The notes beneath the pieces are model-generated. The model was not told the origin of the DNA. It did no database searches and was given only the letters and a program-made list of their open reading frames with translations. From contig NC_091979.1 in NCBI RefSeq assembly GCF_044704955.1, positions 228,656,001 to 228,720,000 on the forward strand: DNA of 64,000 bases, read 5' to 3'. Source of the stretch: Pristiophorus japonicus. Taxonomy: Eukaryota. This document shows positions 12,440 through 24,400 of this stretch, in pieces (position 1 is the stretch's first letter; each line of letters begins with the position of its first letter). A program made the position numbers and the translations under genes.

Positions 12440-13532
12440 CTGTTGCTTGGCAATATATTGGCCTGGATAGGGGATTGGCTAACTAACAGAAAACAGAATC
12501 GGGATAAATGGGGTATTTTCCGGTTGGCAAACTGTAACTAGTGGGGTGCCACAGGAATCGGTGCTGAAGCCTCAACTATTTACAATTTATATTAATCACT
12601 TGGATGAAGGACCGAGTTTGCTGATGATACAAAGATGGATAAGAAAGCAAGTTGTGAGGAGGACACAAAAAAATCTGCAAAGGCATATAAACAGGCCAAG
12701 TGAGTGGGCAAAAATTTGGCAGATGGAGTATAATGTAGCAAAATGTGAGGTTATCCACTTTGGCAGAAAAAATAGCAAAGCAAATTCTAATTTAAATGGA
12801 GAAAATTGCAAAGTGCTGGAGTACAGAGACACCTGGGGGTCCTTGTGCATGAAACACAAAATGATAGTATGCAGGTACAGCAAGTAATCAGGAAGGCAAA
12901 TGGAATGTTGGCCTTTATTGCAAGGGGATAGAGTATAAAATCAGACAAGTCCTGCTACAACTGTACAGGGTATTGGTGAGGCCACACCTAGAGTACTGCT
13001 TACAGTTTTAGTTTCCGTATTTAAGGAAGGATATACTTGTATTGGAGGCTGTTCAGAGAAGGTTCACTAGATTGATTCCGGAAATGAGGGGGGTTGACTG
13101 ATGAAGATTGGTTGGGCCTATACTCATTGGAATTCAGAAGAATGAGAGGTGATCTTATCGAAACATATAAGATAATGAGGGGGCTCGACAAGGTGGATGC
13201 AGAGAGGATATTTCCACTCAGGGGAAACTAAAACTAGGGGACATAGTCTCAGAATAAGGGGCCGCCCATTTAAAACTGAGATGGGGAGGAATTTCTTCTC
13301 TCAGAAGGTTGTAAATCTGTGGAATTCTCTGCCCCAGAGAGCTGTGGAGGCTGGGACATTGAATATATTTAAGGCGTAGACAGATTTTTGAGCGATAAGG
13401 GAATAAAGGGTTATGGGGAACGGGCGGGGAAGTGGAGCTGAGTCCATGATAGGATCAGCCATGATCTTATTAAATGGTGGAGCAGACTCGAGGGGACAAT
13501 GGCCTACTCCTTCTCCTATTTATTCTGTTCTT
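12440..13532 (+). mobile_element. CR1 LINE 3' fragment
   Basis: PQESVL..FADD..WQMEYN..KCEVIHFG; CR1 3'UTR. Confidence 0.9.
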
Positions 13533-14074
13533 AAACCACGACTGCAGCACAAAACGACCCAGGAATTGGCTGGGAAAAAGCAGGATAACGCATCCCTTCT
13601 TCAAGTAGGATAGCCTTTTTGTCTGATAACACTCCAGTGAAACTCGTTGGGATGTTTTACTATGTTATGGGTGCTATGTAAATGCAAGTTGTTGTTGTTG
13701 AGAATTGGGGCAAACACTCAAGAGGCTGTTTAAGGCATAGGTGAGGGACTGTGGGTTTGTGACGCAGAATGAGAGAGAGATGGGCTGAATCATCTGCACT
13801 GATCTTCGTCACCTGATCAAATCTCCCACACCCATACAATGAGTAGGAGGTAGGGTCTGGGGTCACTCACTCCCACCGGATGTCCCCCGGAATTCCAAAC
13901 TGGAGCTCCGGTCTGCACTCACCGGGACTGTCAGGAGGGGTGGCTGAACTCTGCACATTATGACTCAGGCGGGAGAGTTGCCAGCATACAGCTCCGAGTG
14001 CTGGTCACTGAGCACATCCTCCGATTACCCATGTGTACGGTCGCACACGCCCAGGTCCCACTCCACTCACATAC

Positions 14075-14212
14075 CTTGAAGGAGAGAATTTCAGCCCCTC
14101 TCAGCTGCTTCGCCTGCAAAGCTCGGCCTTTCTCTTTCCTCGGCTTTTTCGTCTTTTCAGGGTTCAATTCTTTCTTCCTTTTCCGTTTCTTACTTTCATC
14201 ATCATGGCACAC
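14075..14212 (-). CDS. PDCD11: PDCD11 coding exon 2 (Lys-rich, VCHDDESKK...EILSFK)
   Basis: 138 nt, AG/GT boundaries, phase 0-0, in frame with both neighbouring exons. Confidence 0.88.
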
Positions 14213-14449
14213 CTGTAGACAGGGCAGATACAACACAGAGTTAGGCAGAGTAACGCTCCCACTACACTGTCCCATCAAAAACTCCCAGGGCAGATACAGC
14301 ACGGGTTAGATACAGAGTAAAGCTCCCACTACACTGTCCCATCAAACACTCCCAGGGCAGGTACACCACAGGTTAGATACAGAGTAAAGCTCCCTCTACA
14401 TTGTCCCATCAAACATTCACAGGGCAGGTACAGCACGGGTTTGATACAG

Positions 14450-15040
14450 ACATGTACAGTAGACACCTCAAGCCGCTGGAGAAATGCCATCAACGATGTT
14501 TCCGCAAGATCCTACAAATCTCCTGGAAGGACAGACGCACCAACGTTCGTGTCCTCGTCCAGGCCAACATCCCCAGCATTGAAGCACTGACCACACTTGA
14601 TCAGCTCCGCTGAGCAGGCCACATTGTTCGCATGCCAGACACGAGACTCCCAAAGCCAGCGCTCGACTCGGAACTCCTTCACAGCAAACGAGCCAAAGGT
14701 GCGCAGAGGAAATGTTACAACGACACCCTCAAAGCCTCCCTGATAAAGTGCAACATCCCCACTGACACCTGGGAGACCCTGGTCAAAGAGGAGGAAGTGC
14801 ATCCGGGAGGGCGCTGAGCACCTCGAGTCTCATCGCCGAGAGCATGCAGAAATCAAGCACAGGCAGCAGAAAGAGCGTGTGGCAAGCCTGTCCCACCCAC
14901 CCCTTCCCTCAACAACTATCTGTCCCACTTGTGACAGGGACTGTGGTTCTCGTACTGGAATGTTCAGTAACCTAAGGATTCATTTTAAGAGTGGAAGCAA
15001 GCCTTCCTTGATTCCGAAGGACTGCCTATGATGATGATGA
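14450..15040 (+). mobile_element. RTE-clade LINE 3' fragment
   Basis: HQRCFRKILQISW, RMPDTRLPK, C-terminal Cys motif, (ATG)n tail. Confidence 0.85.
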
Positions 15041-15490
15041 AACAGAGTAAAGCTCCCTCTACACTGTCCCATCAAACACTCCCAGGGCAGGTACAGCACG
15101 GGTTAGATACAGAGTAAAGCTCCATCTGCACACTCCCTGATCCCTGAACGATGGAAAGTGGGATTATTATAACTGCAGGTATTTTGAGCAGTTGTGAAGG
15201 GTTGGTCTGAAAAATTACCCACTGAGCTCAAAGCATTAATTAATTCAATGGGGTGGGGGGTGGACCAACAGATCAGGAAATAGCTAAATAATCAAAGCCA
15301 GGCCCTGAGAGGGACTCTCAGACAACCCGCCCCTGAATACACCCGATGTCAGACAATGGGAACAACCTCTGAGAGTAACACATACTTTTATGTCCATTTC
15401 TAATTCCTCTCCAACATTAAAATATTTCTATTCATCTTCCAAGTTCCACTGCTGATTTCTCGCCGCATCCTCTCCCGCTTCAGTACTTAC

Positions 15491-15589
15491 TCCAAATAAG
15501 TTATCCTCTTCCACCCTCCTCTTATCCTTGCCCGCAGTGGCCTTTCTCTGTGCCCCGCCGCGAGGGAAGTCCTCCTCCACTGTGGCCAT
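15491..15589 (-). CDS. PDCD11: PDCD11 (RRP5 homolog) coding exon 1, MATVEEDFPRGG...EEDNLFG
   Basis: Matches the RRP5 N-terminus (EE.FPRGG...DNLF); acceptor AG at 15601-15600, GTAAGT donor. Confidence 0.93.
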
Positions 15590-16784
15590 TTTCACAAGCC
15601 TGGTGAGCAAGAAACAGCATTCAGATATTTCCTCATCACAAACAGCAGCTGCCTGGGGGCACGCGCATTTACTGAGATCAGGTGTAGGGCCCACGGTGCG
15701 GGGTGGCCGCAAGTTTGAAAGAATCGGGGAAAAAGTAGGTCAAGTAGTGGGGAGGTCACAGCAAGCTCGAGCGTTAAAAGTCTGGACATTGGGGAGTAAG
15801 GGAAGAGTGAGGAAGACGGGCCGAAGTTAGAGCCACAGACAGCATTTCCCCGATTTCAACACAGTGAAGAGAATGTGTGAGCTGAAGAAGGAAGAGGGGA
15901 CGGTTCCGGAGCAGTGACCATAATAGCATTAAGCAAATGAGTTTAAACAGAGAGATCAGTTGGTGACCGGAGACAGAAGGATGGCCCTTTAAGAACACTG
16001 CTGTGTCCACCCCTAGAGAGCATGACGAACCCAGAACACAGGTCGCAGCGTTCAAACTGCTGCACACCGTTCGGTAGCCATCCTGGTTTACCCAAAACAT
16101 GAATGTGAACAAACAATACTGCAAAGCAAAAAAGTGGGTTTGTGAAATTTGCATTCAGCACACTTTTACTTCAAACATCCCCCAGGTGAGAGCAAGCAAT
16201 CTGAGCTCTGCAACACTGGGGCGAGGTGCAGCTGGTCACAGGCCTGTCACTCGGGGATGGGAGCAGCCTGCAGGGATCAGCGAGAAACATGGCAGCAGGT
16301 GCATTGGCTGATTTAGGACATGGGCACCAATATAATCAGCACTGGCTGTACTGCATCTCCCACTGTCCAATAACAGACGATGCCAAACCAGTCTGCCTGA
16401 TCCCTTATACCTGGAGTGAAAGGGATGCACTCCATAACAAACAACACTTGTGTGATCCAAGCATGCACATATCATCTGGAGACTGTGCATGACAGAGATC
16501 ACCCAAAGTATGTCATAAACACCCATCTGCTGTACATTAAAAATAAACATTTATACTGCCTGGATTTCATACAGCAAGTTTCACCCAATATGTTTCAGAG
16601 CAACCCACAGGACTCCCAGGACAGGAACAGCACAGGGTTAGATACAGCGTAAAGCTCCCTCTACACTGTCCCATCAAACACTCCCAGGGCATGTACAGCA
16701 CAGGTTAGATACAGAGTAAAGTTCCCTCTACACTGTCCCATCAAACACTCCCAGGGCAGTCGCATCGCAGCACACTGAATCTTT

Positions 16785-17315
16785 GAAATTTACAGCATAG
16801 GAAGACATTGAGCCCATTGTGTCTGCGCTGATTGAAAAATAACTATCCAGCCAAATCCCACTGTCCAGCTCTTGGTCCGTAGCTCTGTAGGTTACGGCAC
16901 TTTAAGTGCACATTTAAGTACTTTTTAAATATGGTGAGGGTTTCTGCCTCTACCACCCTTTCAGGCAGCGAGTTCCAGACCTCCACCACCCTCTGGGTGA
17001 AGAAATTTCCCCTTATATCTCCTCTAAACCTCACCCCAATTACTTTATAAATCTCTGCTCCCTGGTTGTTGACCCCTCTGCTAAGGGAATCAGGTCCATC
17101 CTATCCACTCTATCCAGGCACCTCATAATTTTATACACCTCAATCGGGTCTCTCCTCAGCCTCCTCTGTTCTAAAGAAAACAACCCCAGCCTATCCAATC
17201 TTTCCTCACAACTAAAATTCTCAAGTCCTGGCAACATTCGTAAATCTCCTCTGCACCCTCTCCAGTGCAATCACATCTTTCCTGTAATGTGGTGACCAGA
17301 ATTGCACGCAGTACT
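16785..17315 (-). mobile_element. CR1 LINE 3' fragment
   Basis: YCVQFWSPHYRKDV, LGLFSLEQRRLR, FFTQRVV. Confidence 0.88.
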
Positions 17316-17532
17316 TAGGCTGGGCGGCCCACAGAGAGCTGTTCCCCCCCACCCCCGGCGGGCCCGGGACCCCGCACCAGGCCGGACTCCGGGCCTCTCT
17401 CTCTCTCTCTGCTCCCCCCGGGGCTCTCTCTCTGCTCCCCCCGGGGCCCTCATTCCAAACACTCTTCCCCCCCCCCCCCGGGCCCTCACTCTCCCCATCC
17501 CGGGCCCACATGGGTGTCTCCATGGCTCTCAC

Positions 17533-17572
17533 CTGCGGGCGGACGCGCGGCAGCAATTCCGCCACTGCCTCC
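17533..17572 (-). other. PDCD11: PDCD11 putative non-coding exon 1 (5' end approximate)
   Basis: CAG|GTGAGA donor at 17533/17532 in the CpG island, just downstream of an NRF1-like motif. The first coding exon has an acceptor 10 nt before its ATG, so an upstream exon is required. Confidence 0.6.
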
Positions 17573-17935
17573 ACGCATGCGCACTCACCACAGCCGCCCG
17601 TCCCCAGCCCTCCGGCGGCGGCCAATCACTGTCGAGTTTTGCTTTGATCGATTTCGGTGTTGTGCAATGGGAAGGGAGGCAGATGACAGACTTGGTCCAA
17701 TCAGTGATCAGTGAGGAATCACACCCTCGCCAACCAATGGATGGTGAGAACCGCTGCTGATATCACGTATGGTTTATCCAATGGGTGTTGAGATGGGTTG
17801 ATGCTTGCTTTGATTGACATCGCTATTGACCAATGGGCGGTGAGAGCTGACGACGTAATGCGGCGGGGTGAAAATGTCACTTGAGTGACGGTAATTTGGA
17901 CCAATGGGCGGAGGTTGTGCGCAGTAGTTCCGGCA
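17573..17935. promoter_or_regulatory. Bidirectional CpG-island promoter of PDCD11 and ATP5MK
   Basis: CCAAT boxes near 17621, 17697, 17734, 17778, 17830 and 17901; NRF1-like ACGCATGCGCA at 17573-17583; ETS-like TTCCGG near 17928; divergent first-exon donors on both sides. Confidence 0.75.
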
Positions 17936-17989
17936 CCGGCCCTTGTGGAAGTCGGGCCTCTGAAGGACGTTGGGAGCGGCGGAGTGAAG
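17920..17989 (+). other. ATP5MK: ATP5MK putative non-coding exon 1 (5' end approximate)
   Basis: AAG|GTGAGA donor at 17989/17990 within the CpG island; a possible alternative donor lies at 18140/18141. Confidence 0.55.
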
Positions 17990-18409
17990 GTGAGAGAGGC
18001 TGGGGGTTACTGAGTCTCCGGGTTGGAGAGCGGCAGCCGCATTGGGCTCCGGAGCCGGCTTGGATTGTCCTCCTTGAGGGGAGGGTCCCGAGGCCGCTCT
18101 CCTCCGGGGGGCGCGCTCCGGGGCTGGGGGTGATTTTCAGGTGAGAGGGGGACCTGGAGCCGGGAGCGGTGGCCAAGCTGAGGCCTTGCTGTTACAATGG
18201 GAAATGTCCACGTAAACATGTCACGCTGCAGCTGCACCCTCCCACAGATGGGACGCTGCAGCTGCACCCTCCCACAGATGGGGCGCTGTGGCAGGAGGCG
18301 TTTCCCAGTGTAAATCGCAACCTGCCAAACTATAATGACAAGAGTGGTGGGAGGTTTGTGCAGATTTTATATTTGGCCTTTATTGTCAGTGTGGAGACAT
18401 TTATTTAGT

Positions 18410-20240
18410 AAAGACTTGTATTTCTATAGTGCCTTTAACGACCACCTTAAGTCCCAAAGTGCTTTCCAGCCAATTAAGTATATATCAGTGACTTGGAGTT
18501 GAATGTTGGGGGTATGATTAAGAAGTTTGCAGATGACTCTAAAATAGGCTGTGTGGTTGACAATGAAGAAGAAAGCTGTGGACTGCAGGAAGATATCAAT
18601 GGACTGGTCAGGTGGGCAGAACAGTGGCAAATGGAATTCACTCTGGAGAAGTGTGAGGTAATGCATTTGTGGAGGTCTAACAAGGCAAGGGAATACACGA
18701 TAAATGGTATGACACTGAAAAGTGTAGAGGAACAAAGAGACTTTGGAGTACAGGTCCACAGATCCCTGAAATAGCAGGCCAGGTTATGAAGGCATTTAGA
18801 ATACTTGCCTTTATTAGTTGAGGCATGGAATACAAGATCGAAGAGGTTATGCTTGAACTGTATAAAACACTGGTTAGGCCACAGCTGGAGTACACTGTGC
18901 AGTTCTGGTCACCACATTACAAGAAAGATGTGATTGCAGAAGAGATTTACAAGAATGTTGCCTGGACTGGATCATTTTGGCCATGAGGAAAGATTAGAGA
19001 TGCTGGGTCTGTTTTCTTTGGAACAGAGATGGCTGAGGGGAGACCTGATTGAGGTGTATAAAATTATGAGTAGCCTGGATAGAGTGGATAGGAAGGACGT
19101 GTTTCCCTTGGCAGAAAGCCTCACAACATTAAAAAAATACTTGGATGGGCACTTGAAGTGCTGTAACCACAGGGCAACGGACCAAGAGCTGGAAGGTGGG
19201 ATTAGGCTGGATAGCTCTTGGTCAGCCAGCGTGGGCAGAATGGGCCGAAATGGCCTCCTTCCCTGCTGTAAATTTCTGATTTTATGAAGTACTTTTTGAA
19301 CTGTAGTCACTGTTAATGTTATCATCATCATAGGTGGTCCCTCATAGAGGATGACTTGCTTCCACACCAAAAAGGAATGGGTTCACTGGTGTTTTGATGA
19401 AGGACTTAATATTCCAGGATCTGAACTACATGTTGAAGGGTGGAAGATGCCTGTGTGGATTTTTTTAATGTGCGGTGACCATTGCACACCAGCCACCACA
19501 CGGGCTTGACAGAGCTAGGTCTTAGTCCAGTGGCAAGGATTAACCAAGACGACCGGAGACCAGCTCTGCTGCACGGACCTCGTGCGCGCACTCATTGCAG
19601 TATGGGCTGGCCCGTGCTGCCCCTGGGACCTCTGCTCTTCAGGGCCCCAAATTCACACCTCTCCTGGGCCCCGATCACGTCGCACTGCAATCTCTCGCCG
19701 CTCCTCCGCCCCGACCTCGCCACTCCAGCTGTACCTGCCTGCACTCCAATAAGCGACCTGGATTTGGGTGAAGTCAAAGCCAGTCGTCCTCTTCACAGCC
19801 GACACCCTCCTGCACCAGCACGCGCTGCTCCCTACAGTGGCATGTCGCCGCACGTTGCTCCCTGTAATGGCCCCGGCCTGCAGGAAACGCGACACCCAAT
19901 TTGCGCACAGCAAGCTCCTTCAAACAGCAATGTGATAATGATTAATCTGTTTTAGTGGTGTTGATTGAGGGATAAATATTGGCCCCAGGACACCGGGGAG
20001 AACTCCCCTGCTCCTCTTTGTAATAGTACATTGGCATCTTTTACGTCCACCTGAGGGCAGACTGGGCCTCGGTTTAATGTCTTATCTGAAAGATGACACC
20101 TCAGACAGTGCAGCACTTCCTCAGCATTGCATTGGGAGTGTCAGCCTAGATGTTTGTTCTCAAGTCTCTGGAGTGGGACTCGAACCCAGAACCTACTGAC
20201 TCAGGTGAGATTGCTGCCCACTGAGCCACAGCTGTCACTG
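18410..20240 (-). mobile_element. DeuSINE-like SINE interrupted by a CR1 fragment (+, ~18480-19283) and an RTE-tailed element (-, ~19320-19870)
   Basis: SINE tail at 18410-18480 resumes at ~19285 and ~19880; tRNA-like head near 20170-20240; CR1 RT motifs in between. Confidence 0.8.
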
Positions 20241-20654
20241 CTCCTGTGAGCTTGAGGCTGGTCGCTGTGCAGCTCTGATGCCCCAGTATCCTGCGCTGCT
20301 GTCTGTTGTGACTCTGAATAAGGGAGTTGATGGGGATCTCGGGGCAAATTCAGGATTGAAACGCTTGGTTGGTCTGCAGTGAGTGCTGCTCTCTACTTGC
20401 TCCGAATCGCCCCTTTAAACAATCTGGAGGTGGTTGACTTGCTATATCGGCGTACTGAAACTGAAGCCGTCTGATTCCAACAAGGTCTTGTCGAGATTGG
20501 AAGCGAGGCCTGAGGTTTTCGAGCCCTGTCTGATAGCGCTGCACTGAGGCTGTGTTCCCATGGGTTGCATGGTCAGACTGTGGTGCCTGGACATGTGTGT
20601 TTCAGGGATTGTTGTAACTTGTTCTGTTTCCCTCTACAGTTTCTGTTAGTGAGA

Positions 20655-20741
20655 ATGGCAGGTCACGATGCTGGCACCCAGCACCAGTTCACTGGCTTCC
20701 AGAAGTACTTCAATGCCTACTCCATCACAGGCAGGAGGAAT
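20655..20741 (+). CDS. ATP5MK: ATP synthase membrane subunit K (USMG5/DAPIT), coding exon 1, MAGHDAGTQHQFTGFQKYFNAYSITGRRN
   Basis: Characteristic QFTG..KYFN.Y..TGR.N motif; acceptor ends at 20639, GTAAGT donor. Confidence 0.95.
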
Positions 20742-21406
20742 GTAAGTACAACTACCGGGGAGATTGCTGATAGCAGTGTGGAACTCTCTCCCATAGAAAG
20801 CAGTAGATGGTAGCTCAATTAATAATTATAAATCTGAGATTGATAGATTTTTTACTTGCCAAGAGTATTGGGAATACGGAGCCAAAGCGTGTGGATGGAG
20901 TTAGGTCACAGATCAGCCGCGATCTCATTGAATGGGGAACAGGCTCGAGGGGCTGAATGGCCTCCTGTTCCTGTGAGGGGGATGGGGACACCTCAGAGCA
21001 AAGGATGTACTTGCATTTATATAGCATTTTATCACATCCTTGGGACACCAAAATAATTCACAGCCAATCAATTACTTTTGAAATGTAGTCACTGTTGGGC
21101 GACAAGCCCAGGGGCAACCAGTCCTCAAAACCCACCAGTTCGGCCTTATCGTTGTTTATATTTCTTTATTGCCTGGGCCTTGAGGTTTGGAAAGGGCTGT
21201 TCTGAGCGCTCTTGCCTCATTGCTGAATCAATCCTGCCCATATCAGCAGCCCGAGATATCTGGCAATTACTGGGAACAGGGATCGAAACTTCACAGGTGG
21301 TCCCTGGGGTTCCACCGATAACAAAACCATTGGATATCCCTGGAACACAGTATCTGGCTGTTTCTTAAATGAAGGGGAGGAAAGAAAGAATCGATGACCA
21401 GCTCAC

Positions 21407-21544
21407 CTTGATAGTGTTGTGTCTCAACGTACTGATAATTCTCCGATCATCGTACTGTAGACAGTACACTCCTTTACTGGCCTCGCTGTGACAAGGAATC
21501 CGCTGTAAACTCTGCTTCCCACAACACCAGTTCCACTCGATTGT
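21407..21544 (-). pseudogene. Orphan single-exon fragment of beta-TrCP (BTRC/FBXW11 family)
   Basis: Translates to [46 protein letters not shown], close to recalled beta-Tr[48 protein letters not shown]. Donor GTGAGC intact; acceptor reads ctg instead of cag. Confidence 0.85.
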
Positions 21545-21709
21545 CAGAAGCAAAACGTTAGAGAATTGGATCGACAGTCAGGCTCCCACCCTTTCCAACA
21601 CAATTACGCTTGGATAAAGAAAGACTTGCATTTATATAGCGCCTTTCACGGACTCTGTACATTCCAAAGTGATTTTACTGCCATTGATGTACATTTGAAG
21701 TGTAATGTA

Positions 21710-22050
21710 TTCATCATCATCATAGGCGGTCCGTTGTATCTAGGATGACTTGCTTCCATGCCAAAAAAGGATGCGTTCACAGGTGTTTCAATGAAGGACC
21801 TAATATTCCAGGTCCCGAACTGCATGTTGAAGGGTGGAAGATGCCTATGCGTGGATTTTTTTTAACGTGTGGTGGCCGTTGCACACCAGCCACCGCAAGG
21901 GCTTGAAAGAGCTTGGTTTTGGTCCAGTGGCAAGGATTAACCAAGATGACTGGAGACCAGCTCTGCTACACGGACCTAGTGCGCACACATATAGCAGTGT
22001 GGGCTGGCTCGTGCTGCCCCTGGGCCCTCTCCTCTCCTGGGCCCCGATCG
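21710..22050 (-). mobile_element. RTE-tailed non-autonomous element (other copies at ~19320-19870 and ~44950-45290)
   Basis: (CAT)n tail plus TGACTTGCTTCCA RTE 3' end joined to a shared non-coding body. Confidence 0.7.
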
Positions 22051-22622
22051 TGTCGCTCCAGGATCAGAGATGGCCTTTTCTGCAATTGACACGGTTGGAA
22101 TAGTGAAGCCACGAAGCAACTGGTATGTTGGCCATTATTGCAGCGGGGTTAGAGTACAAGAGTAAGGAGCAACGTTCCCGCGCTGCTCTGTCGGACCCGC
22201 GTGCCCGGCACTAAAAGGATTCAAGGGAAATGGGGATCAGGCAGGAAAGTGGAGTTGAGGTCGAAGATCAACCATGATATTGAATGGCGGAGTAGGCCCG
22301 AGGGGCCATATGGCCGACTCCTGCTCCCATTTCTTAAAGAGCCTCTCAGCATCTACCCTGTCAAGCCCTCTAAGAATTTTATGTTTCAATGAGATCGCCT
22401 CTTTGTTCTAAACTCCGGAGAATATAGGCACATTCTAGGCAATCTGAGTTCAGAGTGATATTAGCGCTTGCTCTGTCTGAGTGATGCGAGCTCGCGCTCT
22501 CTTTCTCCACCTGTCTGTGTCTCTCCCCAGGTGTATCTCTATCGCAGAGAGACCTGGGGAAAGAGGTGGACAATGAGCTGGTTCCTGTCCTCCTGATTAA
22601 CGTGCTCCCTCTCTGTTTACAG

Positions 22623-22721
22623 TATGTGCTGGCAACATATGCCGGGATTGCCTCTATTCTCTTGTACTTCAAACTGAGACCCAAGAAGACGACACCTCCA
22701 GCAATCACGGGACAGAAATGA
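22623..22721 (+). CDS. ATP5MK: ATP5MK coding exon 2, YVLATYAGIASILLYFKLRPKKTTPPAITGQK*
   Basis: Manual translation: TM segment with VLATY...LYFKLR.KKT; total protein 61 aa; donor at 22727/22728. Confidence 0.95.
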   Translation, partial: YVLATYAGIASILLYFKLRPKKTTPPAITGQK

Positions 22722-23011
22722 CGTGTGGTGAGGAATCCAGGTTTTTATTCAGTGCTGTACCTGCCCTGGGTGTGTTTGCTGGGACATTGTAGAGGGAGCT
22801 TTATTCTGTATCTGACCCATGCTTGATACCGCTACTTTGTTTGAAAATTGGAGGGTGTTCTATTCCGATCAGATGTCTGTCACCTGTGGTTACAAAATAA
22901 TTATTTGTTTAGGTGAAGAATGTCATTGGTTTGAGTTCCTGAACTTTACCATAAGGTCCATCCTTGTGGTAATCTGAAGTCTGATTGTGTCTTTTTGATT
23001 TTTTATTTCAG

Positions 23012-23130
23012 AGTGCAGGTGATGAGGACTAGCGTGTGGAGTTCTTGTGGAACCTGTACAATTGTGTCCCTATAGTGATGTAATATAAGTTATCAGCCTT
23101 CACAAATAAAGCTTGTGGGAATCCACAATG
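23012..23130 (+). other. ATP5MK: ATP5MK 3'UTR exon with AATAAA at 23105-23110 (second AATAAA at 23355)
   Basis: Strong T-rich acceptor (ttttatttcag) ending at 23011, followed by a poly(A) signal. Confidence 0.7.
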
Positions 23131-23659
23131 GCAGTGTTTTATTTTTGAGTGGAACCTGCCTCGAACCTGTACAGGAGCAGTAACACTGTGCCCCACACAC
23201 ACACAGTCAGAACTCTCCCCACGCAACAATTTCCGTGCATTCTTTAATCGTAGGTAAGGCTTATGGTTAAGTTCACGTTACAGTGCATGTCCATCATAAC
23301 TTTTTGCTCTTTTCAGTTTCAGTAAGAAAAATATTGTAAAAGCACAACCTGATCAATAAAAAGCAACTTTCCAGCCCTGGGCCTCCCAGTCCAGTTATTT
23401 CCCCCTTGCAGTGTGTGGCACTTTGTACTGAGCCCGAATCTAATCCAGGCCATGTGCAGTGCTGCGCTTCCGTCAGCTGTTGTTTACCCACGCGAGGAGC
23501 TACTCAGCTATTGCTATTGTGCTGGTGTTCTGGGACTGAATGTGCAAAGCTGCACACCGATATAACCCAAGACTATGGCCATTGCTTTTTATTGCACTGC
23601 ACTTCAGGAATCTTGCCAGTGTTTTTTGTATTGAACCTGTGTAATGTGTAGAAAGTAGT

Positions 23660-24400
23660 TACCAAAAGGTAGGTTTTAAGGACCACCTTTAAAGGTGCAG
23701 AGGTTTCGGCAGGGAATTCAAGCTTGGGGAAACGGCAGCCAATGGTGGGGTGAAGGAACCTAAGAAGAATTAGGAGCAGGCTAATCTTTGACCTCAACTT
23801 TCTTGTCCGATCCCCATATCCCTTGATTAACCCTAAAGTCCAAAAATCAATCTCTGCCTTGAATATACTCAATGACTGAGCCTCCACAGCCCTTTGGGGT
23901 AGAGAATTCCAGAGATTCAGTGAAGAAATTTCTTCCCAGTCATAAATGGCCAACCCCCCTTATCTTGAGACTGTGCTCTCTAATCCTACTCTCCAGCCAG
24001 GGGAAACAACCTATCTACCCTGTTATACCCCCTCAGAATCTTGTATATTTCATTTCTCATTCCTCTGAACTCGAGAGTAGAGGCCCAATCTCTCCTAATG
24101 GGACAGACAATCCTCTCGAAGTGCAAAAGGCCAGAGATCTGAGGGTTGTAGGGCCGATGGAGGTTAAAGATCGGGAGGGGAAAGGCCATGAAGGGATTTT
24201 AACACGAGGATATAGTTTTTAAAATCTAGGTGTTGTCGGACTGGGGGCCAATGTAGGTCAGGCATGATGGGTGAATGAGACTTGGTACGAATTAGCATAC
24301 AGGCAGCAGAGTTTTGGATGCGCTTTAGTTTAGAGAGGGTGGAAGATGCGTGGTTGGCTAGGAGTGCATTGGAATAGTTGAGCCTAGAGGTAGCAAAAAT
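23660..24400 (-). mobile_element. L2 fragment interrupted by a CR1 3' fragment
   Basis: L2-like segments at 23670-23760 and 24120-24400; CR1 LWNSLPQRAVEA at 23770-24110. Confidence 0.7.

Noticed and set aside
17900-20640. miR-1307-like hairpin (hosted in human ATP5MK)
   Set aside because: No matching sequence recognised; the miRNA is recalled as mammal-specific.
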